A stretch of 64,000 bases of DNA from NCBI GenBank assembly GCA_965228735.1, contig OZ245838.1:1440001-1504000 (forward strand). Reading direction: 5' to 3'. Each line of letters opens with the position of its first letter. The first letter of the stretch is position 1. The translations under genes and the position numbers were made by a program. This document shows, piece by piece, positions 29,617 to 39,372 of this stretch. Under the pieces are notes generated by a model. The model did no database searches. It was given only the letters and a program-made list of their open reading frames with translations, and was not told where the DNA came from. Source of the stretch: Planctomycetota bacterium. GTDB taxonomy: Bacteria; Planctomycetota; UBA1135; UBA2386.

Positions 29617-30243
29617 GTGGCCGATCTGCAGCTTCCCCTTTCGCCGGTGCCGATGTTCCCGCTGCCCGGCGTGTTCCTGTTCCCGCACCAGGTGCTGCCG
29701 CTCCACGTGTTCGAACCGCGCTACCGCGATCTCGTCGGCGACCTGCTGGACGCGACGGGCCGCTTCGTCGTCGCCACCCAGCTCGCGGGCCAGCCGAGCG
29801 AATCCGACACCCCAACGGTTCTGCCGGTCGCCGGCTACGGCGAGATCGTGCGCCACGAGAAGCTGCCGGACGGGCGCTTCCTGATCTGGGTCGTCGGCCT
29901 CGCGCGCGTGCGCGTGCGCGAGGCGAGCGCCGTGGCCACGCGCTATCGCCAGGTCGTCTGCGAACCGTTCGTCGAACAACAGCCTGGCGAGGAGGAAGCC
30001 GAGCAGCTCGCGGCCGAGCTCCACGCCGCGACCAAGGAACGCATCAAGGGCGACCTGCCGCTGCCCGAAACCACGGCGCCCGACCTGCTCGCCGACCTGC
30101 TGGTGCAGACCCTGCGCGCGCCCCAAGACGTGCTCGAACGCGTCTTCGTCGAACCGTCGGTCTCGACGCGGGCCCGCCTGGCGCTCGACGCGGCCACGAA
30201 GTTCGGCGGGCCGTCCGACGGCGACGGCGCGGACGACGAGTAG
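29617..30243 (+). CDS. LON peptidase substrate-binding domain protein
   Basis: PMFPLPGVFLFP...LPLHVFEPRY, LPDGRF. Confidence 0.9.
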   Translation: MADLQLPLSPVPMFPLPGVFLFPHQVLPLHVFEPRYRDLVGDLLDATGRFVVATQLAGQPSESDTPTVLPVAGYGEIVRHEKLPDGRFLIWVVGLARVRVREASAVATRYRQVVCEPFVEQQPGEEEAEQLAAELHAATKERIKGDLPLPETTAPDLLADLLVQTLRAPQDVLERVFVEPSVSTRARLALDAATKFGGPSDGDGADDE

Positions 30244-30396
30244 CCCAACGGCCGATGCCCTCGGCCATCTAGCGGCTGCATGGATGGGGCCATGGCTTCT
30301 CGGGCAGAACTCCGCGCGGGTCGCACGTCGCACCACCGCGGGCGTCGCTACGATCGAGCGCAGCCGGCGCCAGGCCCTTGGCTGGCGCCCGACGCC

Positions 30397-30744
30397 ATGT
30401 CCGATCACGCCCCGCCTACCCGACTCGTCAACTGGTCGCTGATCCTCTGGGGACTCGCTCTCGCCGCGATCCCGTTCGTTCGCATCCGAGAGCTACCGCC
30501 ATGGGTCTGGCTCGGGTGGGGCGTTGCGGCCGCGAACATCGGCATCGGCATCTGGGGGTTGCGGCGCGGCCGCTGGCTCGGCCCGATGTTCGCCGCGCTC
30601 TACCTGCTCGCCATCTGCCTCGTCGCCGCGGGTCCGCTCACCGGCGTCGACATCTATCCCGCCACGGGCGTGCTCTGCCTCACGGTGCTCTCCGTCGGCG
30701 CGGCGATCCTGCACCGGCTGGGTCGGCGCGCCGGCGAGCCGTAG
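30397..30744 (+). CDS. Small four-TM membrane protein, function unknown
   Basis: Four hydrophobic segments in 115 aa; start placed at ATG 30397. Confidence 0.6.
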   Translation: MSDHAPPTRLVNWSLILWGLALAAIPFVRIRELPPWVWLGWGVAAANIGIGIWGLRRGRWLGPMFAALYLLAICLVAAGPLTGVDIYPATGVLCLTVLSVGAAILHRLGRRAGEP

Positions 30745-30792
30745 GTCAGAATCCGTCAATACCTCCAACCTCCGTCAATCGATCGTCAACCC

Positions 30793-31830
30793 ATGCGACT
30801 CGCGCCAACCATCACCGTTCTCCTCGTGTCGATGACCACGGCGCTGCCGGCCCAGGACGCTCGCGAGGGGCGCCGCGACGCCGAGCAGATCTGCCGCGAC
30901 TTCGACGCCATCCAGACCCCGTCACTCATCCGGCCCGAACAGCAGGCGGCGGTGCGGCGGCAGAAGGAGACGAAGGCGAGGCTCGTCGCCGAGCTGCTGC
31001 GCTCGTGGCCTGCCCACGAACGGCTGCCCGCACTGCTGCTGTGGCGTTGGTCGACGATGATCTGGTCGTTCGATCAGGCCAAGCTCGTGCTCGACGAGGT
31101 CGAGCCGTATCTCGCCGACACGACGGAGCCGTTCGACCTGCTGCGCAACGCCCGGCTCTCGCGGGCGCGGGCTCTCCTGGAGTTGCGGCGCGGCACCGAT
31201 GAATGCGTCGAAGCCGCGCGGCTCTATCTCGAGGTCGACGCGAAGTCCGCGGTCGGCGGCCACCTCCTGTTCGAGCTCGTGAAGACCCACCGCCTGCCCG
31301 ACGAACTCGCGCGCACGCTGATCGAGCGGATCGGCGAGAGCTTCGCCGAGGACAAGCGCCTCGCGAACGCGGTGCGCGGGTATCGCAGCGTGGCCGGCAA
31401 GATCGGCAAACCACTGCTGCACGAGTTCGACGATCTGCTGACCGGCGCGACGATCACCACGGCGACGTCGCCCGTGCCGTACACGCTCTGCATCTACTGG
31501 TCGACGCAGCCGCCGGCGGAGTCCGCCGCGATCAACGAGCTGCTCGCGACCCGCGACGATCTGCGCGTGATCGGCATCGTGACGTTCCGCGTGGAGGGCG
31601 GTCCCGAGAAAGCCCGCGAGTTGTTGCAGAGCCGCGATATCGCGTGGCCGACCCGCTACGACGCGGAACGGATCAAGAGCCCGTTCACCACCCCGTACCG
31701 GGTGCCGACCGAGCCGTTCTACTTCCTGCTGGACGAGCACGGCCGCGTCGTCCGGTTCGCGTACACGTTCCGCGTCATGCGGACGATGCTCGACGAGCTC
31801 GCGGCGCCGAAGAAGGGCTCGGCGCAATAG
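30793..31830 (+). CDS. Secreted helical + thioredoxin-like (TlpA-type, no CxxC) protein
   Basis: Signal peptide (ALPA-Q). C-terminal IGKP...F...VIGI...IAWP...PFYFLLDEHGRV resembles the redoxin fold, but the redox cysteines are absent. Confidence 0.6.
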   Translation: MRLAPTITVLLVSMTTALPAQDAREGRRDAEQICRDFDAIQTPSLIRPEQQAAVRRQKETKARLVAELLRSWPAHERLPALLLWRWSTMIWSFDQAKLVLDEVEPYLADTTEPFDLLRNARLSRARALLELRRGTDECVEAARLYLEVDAKSAVGGHLLFELVKTHRLPDELARTLIERIGESFAEDKRLANAVRGYRSVAGKIGKPLLHEFDDLLTGATITTATSPVPYTLCIYWSTQPPAESAAINELLATRDDLRVIGIVTFRVEGGPEKARELLQSRDIAWPTRYDAERIKSPFTTPYRVPTEPFYFLLDEHGRVVRFAYTFRVMRTMLDELAAPKKGSAQ

Positions 31831-31912
31831 CGCCGGCGCCAGCCGTTTCAGAACTCGATCGGATCCCCGGGCGCGGTTCCGACTCGACCGCGAGATGCTC
31901 TCCGAGTGAGAG

Positions 31913-32371
31913 TCAGTAAGAACCGACGACCGCGCGCAGGCCGTTCGAACCGATCAACGTCGTCGTCGCGCCGAACTCGAACGCCAGGAACTGCTGGTGC
32001 AGCGGCAGTCCGACGAAGGTCGGCCCCGCCGGGATCGAAATCGCGAACGTGCTCGCGCCGTTCTGCGGGAACGCGAGGAACACGACGTCGGTGCTCGCCA
32101 GCTGTACCGGATCCCATCGGGCGATCCCCGACGCCGGCGCGTCGCCCGCTGCCGTGATCGCACCGCCAACGACGAGCACCGGGGCAGCGGGGCCCGCACC
32201 GTCGGGATCCCACTCGTGCATGACGTGCACCGCGCCGACGACACCCGCGACGGAGCCGCCCGCCTGCCAGGCCGGATCGCATTGCGCGCCGAGTTCCATG
32301 GCGGTGACGCTCACGCCGATGAACGCGATGAAGAGGGCGGCGACGATCGAACGGGGACCGGTGGTTTGCAT
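31913..32371 (-). pseudogene. Probably internally deleted secreted propeller-repeat protein
   Basis: Signal peptide plus one WDPDGAGP...LVVGG...IARWD blade joined directly to the distal half of the shared C-terminal domain (IP...VGLPLHQQ...SNGL); 152 aa, open frame. Confidence 0.5.
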
Positions 32372-32585
32372 CTGGCTACTCCTGGGGTCGGGCCGACGGG
32401 CCGCGCGGTCAAACTCACGGGCCCGGCCGCACCGCTCCATCGTGCACCGAGAGCAACTCCCGTGCCCACCCCCACGGGCCCGGAACGCCCGATTCCAAGG
32501 CCTCACCCGACGGGTAGCCGGCGACGGCCCGGCGGGATCCCGTCGACCGCCCGAACCCCGTGCGGGGGCGCGCGGCCCGGCCGCG

Positions 32586-34355
32586 TCACACGGCGACGGC
32601 CGCCGGCTGGAGCGCGACCCGGAACGTCGCCCCCTGACCGACCGAACTCGAGACGGAGATCGTGCCGCCGCACGCCTCGACGATCCGCTTCGCGATCGTC
32701 AGTCCGAGCCCGACGCCGTCGGCCTTCTCGGTCATCTGGTCACGCCCCACCTGACAGAACGGATCGAAGATCTGATCGAAGTCCGCGGCCGCGATCCCGG
32801 GCCCACGGTCCTCGACCTCCACGACGACCGCGCCGTCATCGCTCCGCACCCGCACGGCGATCGGCGATCCCGCGGGCGAGAACTTGAACGCGTTGTCGAG
32901 CAACCGCCCGAAGGCCTCGACGAGGCGGTCCCGATCGCCGCGCGCGCGCGGCAGGTCCTCGGCGACCGCGAGCGCGATACGATCCGTGTCGTCGCGCGTG
33001 ATCCGCTCGACGGCGAGCCGCACCGCGACCCTGACATCGACGGGATCGTCGAAGTCGGCGCTTACGTCGTCGATCGCGAGCACGTCGTCCACGAGACCCG
33101 CGAGTCGACGCGCCCCGTGCAGCGCGATCCCCGAGAACTCCTCGCGCGCGTCGTTGTCCTCGTCGCCGAGCGTCGTGAGGATCTCGGTCGCGCTGAGGAT
33201 CTCGGCCATCGGCGTCCGCAGTTCGTGAGACACGTTCGTGAGGAACGTCGCTTTCGCGCGCATCGCGGCGAGCGCGGCGTCGCGGGATGCAACGAGGTCG
33301 ATTTCGGTGAGCTCGCGCCGCCGGGTGTTCTCCTCGAGCCGGTCGACCATCGCGTTGAACGCGTCCCCGAGATCGCCGAGCTCGTCCGCCGTTTCCACGG
33401 CTACCCGAACCCCGAGATCGCCGCTCCCCAACCGGTCCGCCGCTTCGTGCAAGGAGACGATCGGGCCGAGCGTCCGACGCATCTGCACGAGGCTCGCCAA
33501 GACGACGCACAGGAGCGTGCAGAACGCGCAGAGCCAGAACCACTGGACGAAGCTCGAAGCCACCGCCATGGCGTCACTGGAGCGCTGCGACTGGACCGCG
33601 AGCAGATCGAGCCGGTACTGCGGCTGCATGAACGCGCGCCAGTAGCGCGCCACATGGTCCTCACCGCCGATCGACCACTCGACCACACCCGACGAGCGGT
33701 CCCGATGCAACGCGGCTCGCAGCGGCCCGCTCGGCGGCGAGCTCTGGAAGGTGTCGAACAGCAGCTCACCGCGGCCGTCGAACGCGGCGAACTCGCAGCT
33801 GACGCCTTGCAGTTCGTCGGGGTGAAACAACCACGAGCCGCGCACGACCGCGACCACGCGGTGGTTCGGATCTGTCGGCTGGATGGCGATGGCCATCTCG
33901 AGGTGCCTGGGGGTCCCGCGCATCCGAGCCAGCGGCAAACCCGCCGCCAGATGCTCGTGGTCCGCTTCCGAGATCGTGCGGTCCACCGCGATGTCGTCCC
34001 CGTAGATCAGGGTGCGCTCCGTCTCCGTGATCAGCTGGACGGAGCGGCAACGTTCGGCCAGGTGCTGGCGCAACGCCGCGTCCATCGCCCGCGCCACGTT
34101 GCCGCCCGAGTTCTGCACGAGACTGGCCACCAGCGCGATGTCCCCTTTGACCTGATTGAGACGAGCCGCGAGCGACATGCCCGCGCTCTTGGCGCTGCCG
34201 TGCAGCCGCGCATGCATGTCGTTCCTGGCCTGCCGCGTCACGCTCCCGACCGACAGAGCGGTGAAGACGGCGAGTGGCACGAGGGCACACCCGACGAACA
34301 AGAGTACGAACCGACGCCCGATCCGCGACGTCAGCGCTCCGGCACCGCCCCGCAT
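32586..34355 (-). CDS. HAMP-domain sensor histidine kinase
   Basis: Two TM helices around a periplasmic domain, HAMP (DELGDLGDAFNAM), H-box SHELRTP, N-box LLDNAFKF, DRGPGI, GVGLGL. Confidence 0.95.
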   Translation of the reverse strand: MRGGAGALTSRIGRRFVLLFVGCALVPLAVFTALSVGSVTRQARNDMHARLHGSAKSAGMSLAARLNQVKGDIALVASLVQNSGGNVARAMDAALRQHLAERCRSVQLITETERTLIYGDDIAVDRTISEADHEHLAAGLPLARMRGTPRHLEMAIAIQPTDPNHRVVAVVRGSWLFHPDELQGVSCEFAAFDGRGELLFDTFQSSPPSGPLRAALHRDRSSGVVEWSIGGEDHVARYWRAFMQPQYRLDLLAVQSQRSSDAMAVASSFVQWFWLCAFCTLLCVVLASLVQMRRTLGPIVSLHEAADRLGSGDLGVRVAVETADELGDLGDAFNAMVDRLEENTRRRELTEIDLVASRDAALAAMRAKATFLTNVSHELRTPMAEILSATEILTTLGDEDNDAREEFSGIALHGARRLAGLVDDVLAIDDVSADFDDPVDVRVAVRLAVERITRDDTDRIALAVAEDLPRARGDRDRLVEAFGRLLDNAFKFSPAGSPIAVRVRSDDGAVVVEVEDRGPGIAAADFDQIFDPFCQVGRDQMTEKADGVGLGLTIAKRIVEACGGTISVSSSVGQGATFRVALQPAAVAV

Positions 34356-35011
34356 CAGTCGAAGCGACCCGCCAGGATCGGCGCCGTTGCCGGTGTCGGC
34401 TTCGAACGCGCCGCGGCGGCGCCGACGTCGTCGCTTACCGGCGAATCGCGGAAACCCTCGATCGCTTCGGTCACGCCCGCGATCGCGGTCCTGACGCCGG
34501 CGAAGTCATCCGCCGGGACGGCCCCGTGCTCCGCGAGTTCCTGCACCTGCCGCTCGAGTTCGGACTGCGCCGCCCGGATGGCCACGACCCGCTGCCGAAT
34601 GCCTGCGACGGCGTCGTTCAGGCAGTCGACCTCGGCCTTGAGGTAGTCGCGCGGCCGCGTGCGGAGCGGCTCGGGCAGCTCACCCTTCTCCAGCAGGCCG
34701 AGGTTGCGGCGCACTCGGACCATCGGGCCCGCGATGCGATGCGAGAACAGCATCGAGCCGACGACGACGAGCAGGCCACAGAGCACCGCGATCAGCCACA
34801 ACCGCTCGTGCAGGTAGACCATGACGATCGATGCCTCGTCGATCCCGGCGCCCGACAAAACGCCGTCGTCGAGGCCCCAGACCAACGGCAGGAAGATCCC
34901 GCCGCACAGCACGGCCATGACGATGCTCGAGTGCACCAAGCCGTGCCGGATCATGCTGCCCTGCAGCTGCCGATCGACGATCAGGCGTCGACGCTTTGGA
35001 GTGGGTTTCAT
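34355..35011 (-). CDS. Two-TM HAMP / coiled-coil membrane protein
   Basis: RRRLIVDRQLQ, two TM helices, SHRIAGP followed by HAMP-like R..D.L and a coiled coil. Confidence 0.75.
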   Translation of the reverse strand: MKPTPKRRRLIVDRQLQGSMIRHGLVHSSIVMAVLCGGIFLPLVWGLDDGVLSGAGIDEASIVMVYLHERLWLIAVLCGLLVVVGSMLFSHRIAGPMVRVRRNLGLLEKGELPEPLRTRPRDYLKAEVDCLNDAVAGIRQRVVAIRAAQSELERQVQELAEHGAVPADDFAGVRTAIAGVTEAIEGFRDSPVSDDVGAAAARSKPTPATAPILAGRFD

Positions 35012-35856
35012 CAGTAGCTCGATGCGGGGCCGTAGAATGCGCCGTTGTTGGCGCGGATGACGTCGTCCTGGGCGACCTTGTCCCCGAGCGACACGGCAGT
35101 CGCCGCGTTGGGCCCCAGACTGAACAGGTCGTAGTCGGTGTTGAGCGGCAGCAGGTAGCGATCGCGGCGGCGCGTGCTCGAGGTGTTCACGCCCGTGAAG
35201 ATGTCGAAGTCACCGACCTCCATGAGAGTGCGGACGAGGGACTCCGTCTCCAGTGCCGAGAGATTGCCGCCGATCTTCGTCGCCAGACTGTCGACGGTGC
35301 TGCGGGCCTGAGAGACCGACAGCTTGTCCGGGAGCAGGCCCTGCGGCGATCGCGCGAACGACGCCTCCATGGGGACGAGTCCACCGGCGATGGACCCGGT
35401 GCTCAGGATCGGCCCGAGGAGACCGCCACCGCCGCCGCCGCCACTTCCGCCACCACTTCCGCCACCGCCGCCGCCCTCGTCATCGCCGCGCTCTGACTCC
35501 GTCGAACCGAAGGCACCGGGGTCGACGATTCCCGCATCCAAGGCCCACTGCAGACCGTCGCCCGTACCGGCTCCGTAGTTCAGGTAACAGTACGGCGTTC
35601 CCCACGGGTCCAGCCTGCCGCCGAAGCCGACCTGGTACAGAGAGAACGGCAGCTTGCCCTCGTTGTTCGCCGTGAACGAGTCGATCGCGGTCGCGATCGT
35701 CTTGAGTTCCATCCGAGCCTTGCCGACCCGCGCCGTGCGCAGAGCCGCGAGATACTGGGGCACGGCGATCGCGGAGATCGTGGCGAGGATCGTCACGACG
35801 ATGAGAATCTCGAGGAGGGTGAACCCCGCACTCGCATGGCGATCGTTGGAGCGCAT
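35011..35856 (-). CDS. Prepilin-type N-terminal cleavage/methylation protein (GspG-like)
   Basis: G|FTLLEILIVVTIL prepilin motif, DPWGTPY, YDLFSLGPN...DD; Gly-rich insertion. Start ATG 35856. Confidence 0.88.
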   Translation of the reverse strand: MRSNDRHASAGFTLLEILIVVTILATISAIAVPQYLAALRTARVGKARMELKTIATAIDSFTANNEGKLPFSLYQVGFGGRLDPWGTPYCYLNYGAGTGDGLQWALDAGIVDPGAFGSTESERGDDEGGGGGGSGGGSGGGGGGGLLGPILSTGSIAGGLVPMEASFARSPQGLLPDKLSVSQARSTVDSLATKIGGNLSALETESLVRTLMEVGDFDIFTGVNTSSTRRRDRYLLPLNTDYDLFSLGPNAATAVSLGDKVAQDDVIRANNGAFYGPASSY

Positions 35857-36072
35857 ACGAACTTCATCGGTCGGGTCGGGCGTCGATCCTGAGCCCCCCC
35901 CGGCGCCGCCCTGTCGAATCCTCCGACACTCGGGCGCGCGCCGATTGCGCGGGCAGCGCGAAAAACCGGTGTCCGATCCTCCGGGCCCCGGACACGGGTC
36001 CTTCGTGGCGCCGGTCCGAGTCTGGCCCCGCACTGCCAACCCGCTGCACCGCAGAACCTTGCGACCCCCGCC

Positions 36073-38817
36073 ATGACCCATCCCACGCGTCGCTCGCTGC
36101 CCCGGATCGCCTCGACCAATCTGCTGCTGACCCTGCTGGTCGCGTGCTCGACGTCGGGCCCGCGGCCCAGCCGAACGGTGCCGCCGACGGTGCCGCCGAC
36201 GGCGCCGACGACCCCGGTCGCGACGACTGCGCGCGACCGGCTCGCCGTCGATCTCCGAGAACGCGGCGATTCGTCGCCGGCGGCAGCCCACCACTTTCGC
36301 CGCCTCCGGATGTTGGACGACAACGGCGACATCGCGACAGGCGCGCTGCGGCGCGCGCGGCTCGACCGCAGGGCCAACCTCGAGCACTGGGACAACGAGG
36401 ACTTCGGCGGCGGGATCGGGAAGTACAGCTGGACGGAACGCGGCCCGTTCAACGTCGGCGGCCGCACGCGCGCGATCCTCCTGCACCCCACGATCGTCGG
36501 CCGCGTCTATGCCGGGTCCGTCGGCGGTGGCGTCTGGCGCTCGGACAACAACGGCGCGACGTGGTATCCGCTCGACGAGTTCATGGGCAACCTCGCCGTC
36601 TGCTGCATGAACTTCGACCCGCAGGATCCGGACACCATCTACGTCGGCACGGGCGAGGGCTTCGGCAACCAGGACGCGATCCGCGGTGAGGGCATCTGGC
36701 GCACGACCGACGCCGGGGCGACGTGGTCGCTGCTCCCGGCCACGGCCAACTTCGGCAACGTGCTCCGCATCGCGCTCCACCCGACCAACACGAGCCGCAT
36801 TCTCGCCGCCACGACTTCGGGCCTGCATCTGTCGCAGGACGCCGGGGACACCTGGATGACCGTCGACGCACGCTGGCAATACCAGGTGCTCGTCGATCCG
36901 AACAACAGCAACCGCCTCGTGGCCGTGTGGCGGACCAACAACAACGGTACGGCCGTGTTCGGCATCCAATACTCGACGGACGCGGGCTCGACCTGGACCG
37001 ACTCCATGAGCTCGTTCCCGACGGACAGCCGGATCGAGATCGCGTACGCGCCGTCGATCAACGACCGGCTCTACGCGAGCCTCGGCGAGGGCGAGTGTTG
37101 GCGCAGTGACGACGGCGGGCAGACCTGGACGCTGCGATCCACGTCGCCGATCGTCAGCAAGCAATGGTGGTACAACAACTGCATCTGGGTGCATCCGACG
37201 AACTCGCAGCGGGTCATCATCGGCGCCGTCAGGATCTACCGGAGCATCGACGGCGGCGGGAACTTCGTCGAACTCACGGACGGCAACGTCGGCGCCGGGC
37301 GCCCCCACAGCGACACGCACGCGCTCGTCACGGATCCGAACTTCGCGAGCAACGGCCGGCTGTGGGTCGGGACCGACGGGGGTTGCTGGTTCACGAACAA
37401 CGTCGCGACGATCGGGTCCAACCAGGTCTGGACCCGCCGTGATCAAGGCTATCGCACGGTGCAGTACTACGGCGTCGACGGCCACGTCCTCGGGCGTCTC
37501 GTCGGTGGCACGCAGGACAACGGCAGCCACCTGATCGAATCGACGGCCACGGTCAACGCGGTGACGACCCACGGCGCCGACGGGTCGTTCTCGCACATCG
37601 ATCCGACCGATCCCGATCTGATCTGGGGCGCCGAGCAGAACCTCGGGGTGCACCGCTCGACCGACGGCGGTCAGAACTCCAATCGGATCGTCAGCGGACT
37701 GCTCGATCATCCGACCGAGTGCTGCAACTTCATCGCGCCGCTCGAGGTCTCGCCGATCAACACCAACTTCCTGTTCGCCGGCGGATGTTCCCTGTGGCGC
37801 TGCGCCAACGCCAAGGCGACGACGCCGACGTGGACCGCGATCCGCAGCCCGATCCTCAACGCGTCGAACGACCCGGTGAACATCAGCGCGATCGGCATCT
37901 CACCGAACAGCTCCAACACGGTCTGGGTCGGCTACAACGACGGCCGCGTCTTCCGGACGACGAACGCGACGGCGGCGAACCCATCGTGGACCGTCGTCGA
38001 CGACAACGGCGCTCTCGACCCGTTCCCCGAGCGGATGATCACGGCCATCCTCGTCGATCGCACGAGCGTGAGCCGGGTCATGGTCGGCCTCGGCGGCTTC
38101 TCGAGCACGAACCTCTGGCGCACGACCGACACCGGTTCGACGTGGAGCCTCGTCACCGGGAGCGCGCCGGCCGCGCTGCCGGCCGCGCCGATCTATGACC
38201 TGACGCAGCACCCGACACTCAACGGCCGCTACTACGCGGCGACCGAGGTCGGCGTCTACGGCACGTCCGACACGGGCCAGAGCTGGTCGACGACGAACTC
38301 GGGCCCGGCCGATGTGAGCTGTGACTCGGTCACGTTCGTGCGGGGCACGGAGACGCTGCTCGTCGGCACGCACGGTCGCGGCATGTGGACGACGACGATC
38401 ACCGAGCCGAACGTCACGGCCTTCGGCACCGGGTGCGCGGGCAGCAACGGCACGCCGGCGCTCACGGCAAGCGCACCGCAGATCGGCGAGACGATGACGT
38501 TCACGGGCAGCAATCTCGTGCCCGAGTCGCCGGTCTGGCTGCTGCAGGGCTACAGCCGCACGTCATGGTTCGGCAACGCGCTGCCGGCCGACCTCGCGAT
38601 GTTCCAAGCTCCCGGGTGCTTCCTGCGCGTGCGGCCCGACCTGATCCGCGATGGCGGGTCGGACGCAGCGGGCGAGTGCACGCTCGCGCTGCCGATCCCC
38701 CCGTTCACGGCCCTGCTCGGCACGAAGCTCTACGCCCAGTTGTTCGGGGCCGACCCGGCGGCGAACGGCTTCGGCCGCACCGCGAGCAACGCGCTCGAGC
38801 TCACGATCGGGAACTGA
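36073..38817 (+). CDS. Asp-box (BNR / VPS10-like) beta-propeller lipoprotein with shared C-terminal domain
   Basis: Lipobox LVAC; GPFNVGGRTRA, YVGTGE, many S.D.G.TW repeats, PHSDTH, GGTQDNG, GTHGRG; C-terminal FGTGC...SNALEL domain. Confidence 0.88.
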   Translation: MTHPTRRSLPRIASTNLLLTLLVACSTSGPRPSRTVPPTVPPTAPTTPVATTARDRLAVDLRERGDSSPAAAHHFRRLRMLDDNGDIATGALRRARLDRRANLEHWDNEDFGGGIGKYSWTERGPFNVGGRTRAILLHPTIVGRVYAGSVGGGVWRSDNNGATWYPLDEFMGNLAVCCMNFDPQDPDTIYVGTGEGFGNQDAIRGEGIWRTTDAGATWSLLPATANFGNVLRIALHPTNTSRILAATTSGLHLSQDAGDTWMTVDARWQYQVLVDPNNSNRLVAVWRTNNNGTAVFGIQYSTDAGSTWTDSMSSFPTDSRIEIAYAPSINDRLYASLGEGECWRSDDGGQTWTLRSTSPIVSKQWWYNNCIWVHPTNSQRVIIGAVRIYRSIDGGGNFVELTDGNVGAGRPHSDTHALVTDPNFASNGRLWVGTDGGCWFTNNVATIGSNQVWTRRDQGYRTVQYYGVDGHVLGRLVGGTQDNGSHLIESTATVNAVTTHGADGSFSHIDPTDPDLIWGAEQNLGVHRSTDGGQNSNRIVSGLLDHPTECCNFIAPLEVSPINTNFLFAGGCSLWRCANAKATTPTWTAIRSPILNASNDPVNISAIGISPNSSNTVWVGYNDGRVFRTTNATAANPSWTVVDDNGALDPFPERMITAILVDRTSVSRVMVGLGGFSSTNLWRTTDTGSTWSLVTGSAPAALPAAPIYDLTQHPTLNGRYYAATEVGVYGTSDTGQSWSTTNSGPADVSCDSVTFVRGTETLLVGTHGRGMWTTTITEPNVTAFGTGCAGSNGTPALTASAPQIGETMTFTGSNLVPESPVWLLQGYSRTSWFGNALPADLAMFQAPGCFLRVRPDLIRDGGSDAAGECTLALPIPPFTALLGTKLYAQLFGADPAANGFGRTASNALELTIGN

Positions 38818-38999
38818 GGGCCCACGCCGCGAATCGACCGTTAGTGGGACGCAAGCGCGCGGACCCGGTCCCGCAGAGCTGCTCGGATCCGAGAACGCCC
38901 ACGGCACGCGATCCGCTGTCCGCCGATGCAGCGCGTTGACGCTGATAGGGCAGCCCTCCGCGGATACGGGCAACGACCAATCGACCGAGAACCCCGACC

Positions 39000-39365
39000 A
39001 TGACCACCACCGCCTCAATCTTCGATCGCATCGGCGGCAAGCCGGCGCTGCGAGCCGTCGTCGACGATTTCTACGGCCGCGTCCTCGCGGACACCGCACT
39101 CGCGCCGTTCTTCGAAGGCACCGACCTCGAGCGCCAGCGGCGCCATCAGGTCGCGTTCCTCGCGTTCGCGCTCGGCGGCGCCGACCGCTACGAGGGCAAC
39201 TCACTGCGCGACGCGCACGCCGGCCGCGGGATCCGGGCCTCGCACTTCGCCGCGGTCGCGGGCCACCTGCAGGACAGCCTCGAGGCGGCCGGCGTCGGCG
39301 CCCGCGAGGTCACCGAGATCCTCGCGGCCGCGGCGAGCCTGCAGCCGGAGATCGTCGAGGACTGA
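39000..39365 (+). CDS. glbN: Group I truncated hemoglobin
   Basis: IFDRIGG, VVDDFY, FF, LGG..Y.G, AH proximal-His motif; 121 aa. Confidence 0.92.
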   Translation: MTTTASIFDRIGGKPALRAVVDDFYGRVLADTALAPFFEGTDLERQRRHQVAFLAFALGGADRYEGNSLRDAHAGRGIRASHFAAVAGHLQDSLEAAGVGAREVTEILAAAASLQPEIVED

Positions 39366-39372
39366 GCGCCGC

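Noticed and set aside
35425..35476. GCC/CCA-rich microsatellite-like tract
   Set aside because: Encodes the in-frame Gly/Ser linker of the pilin; not an independent element.
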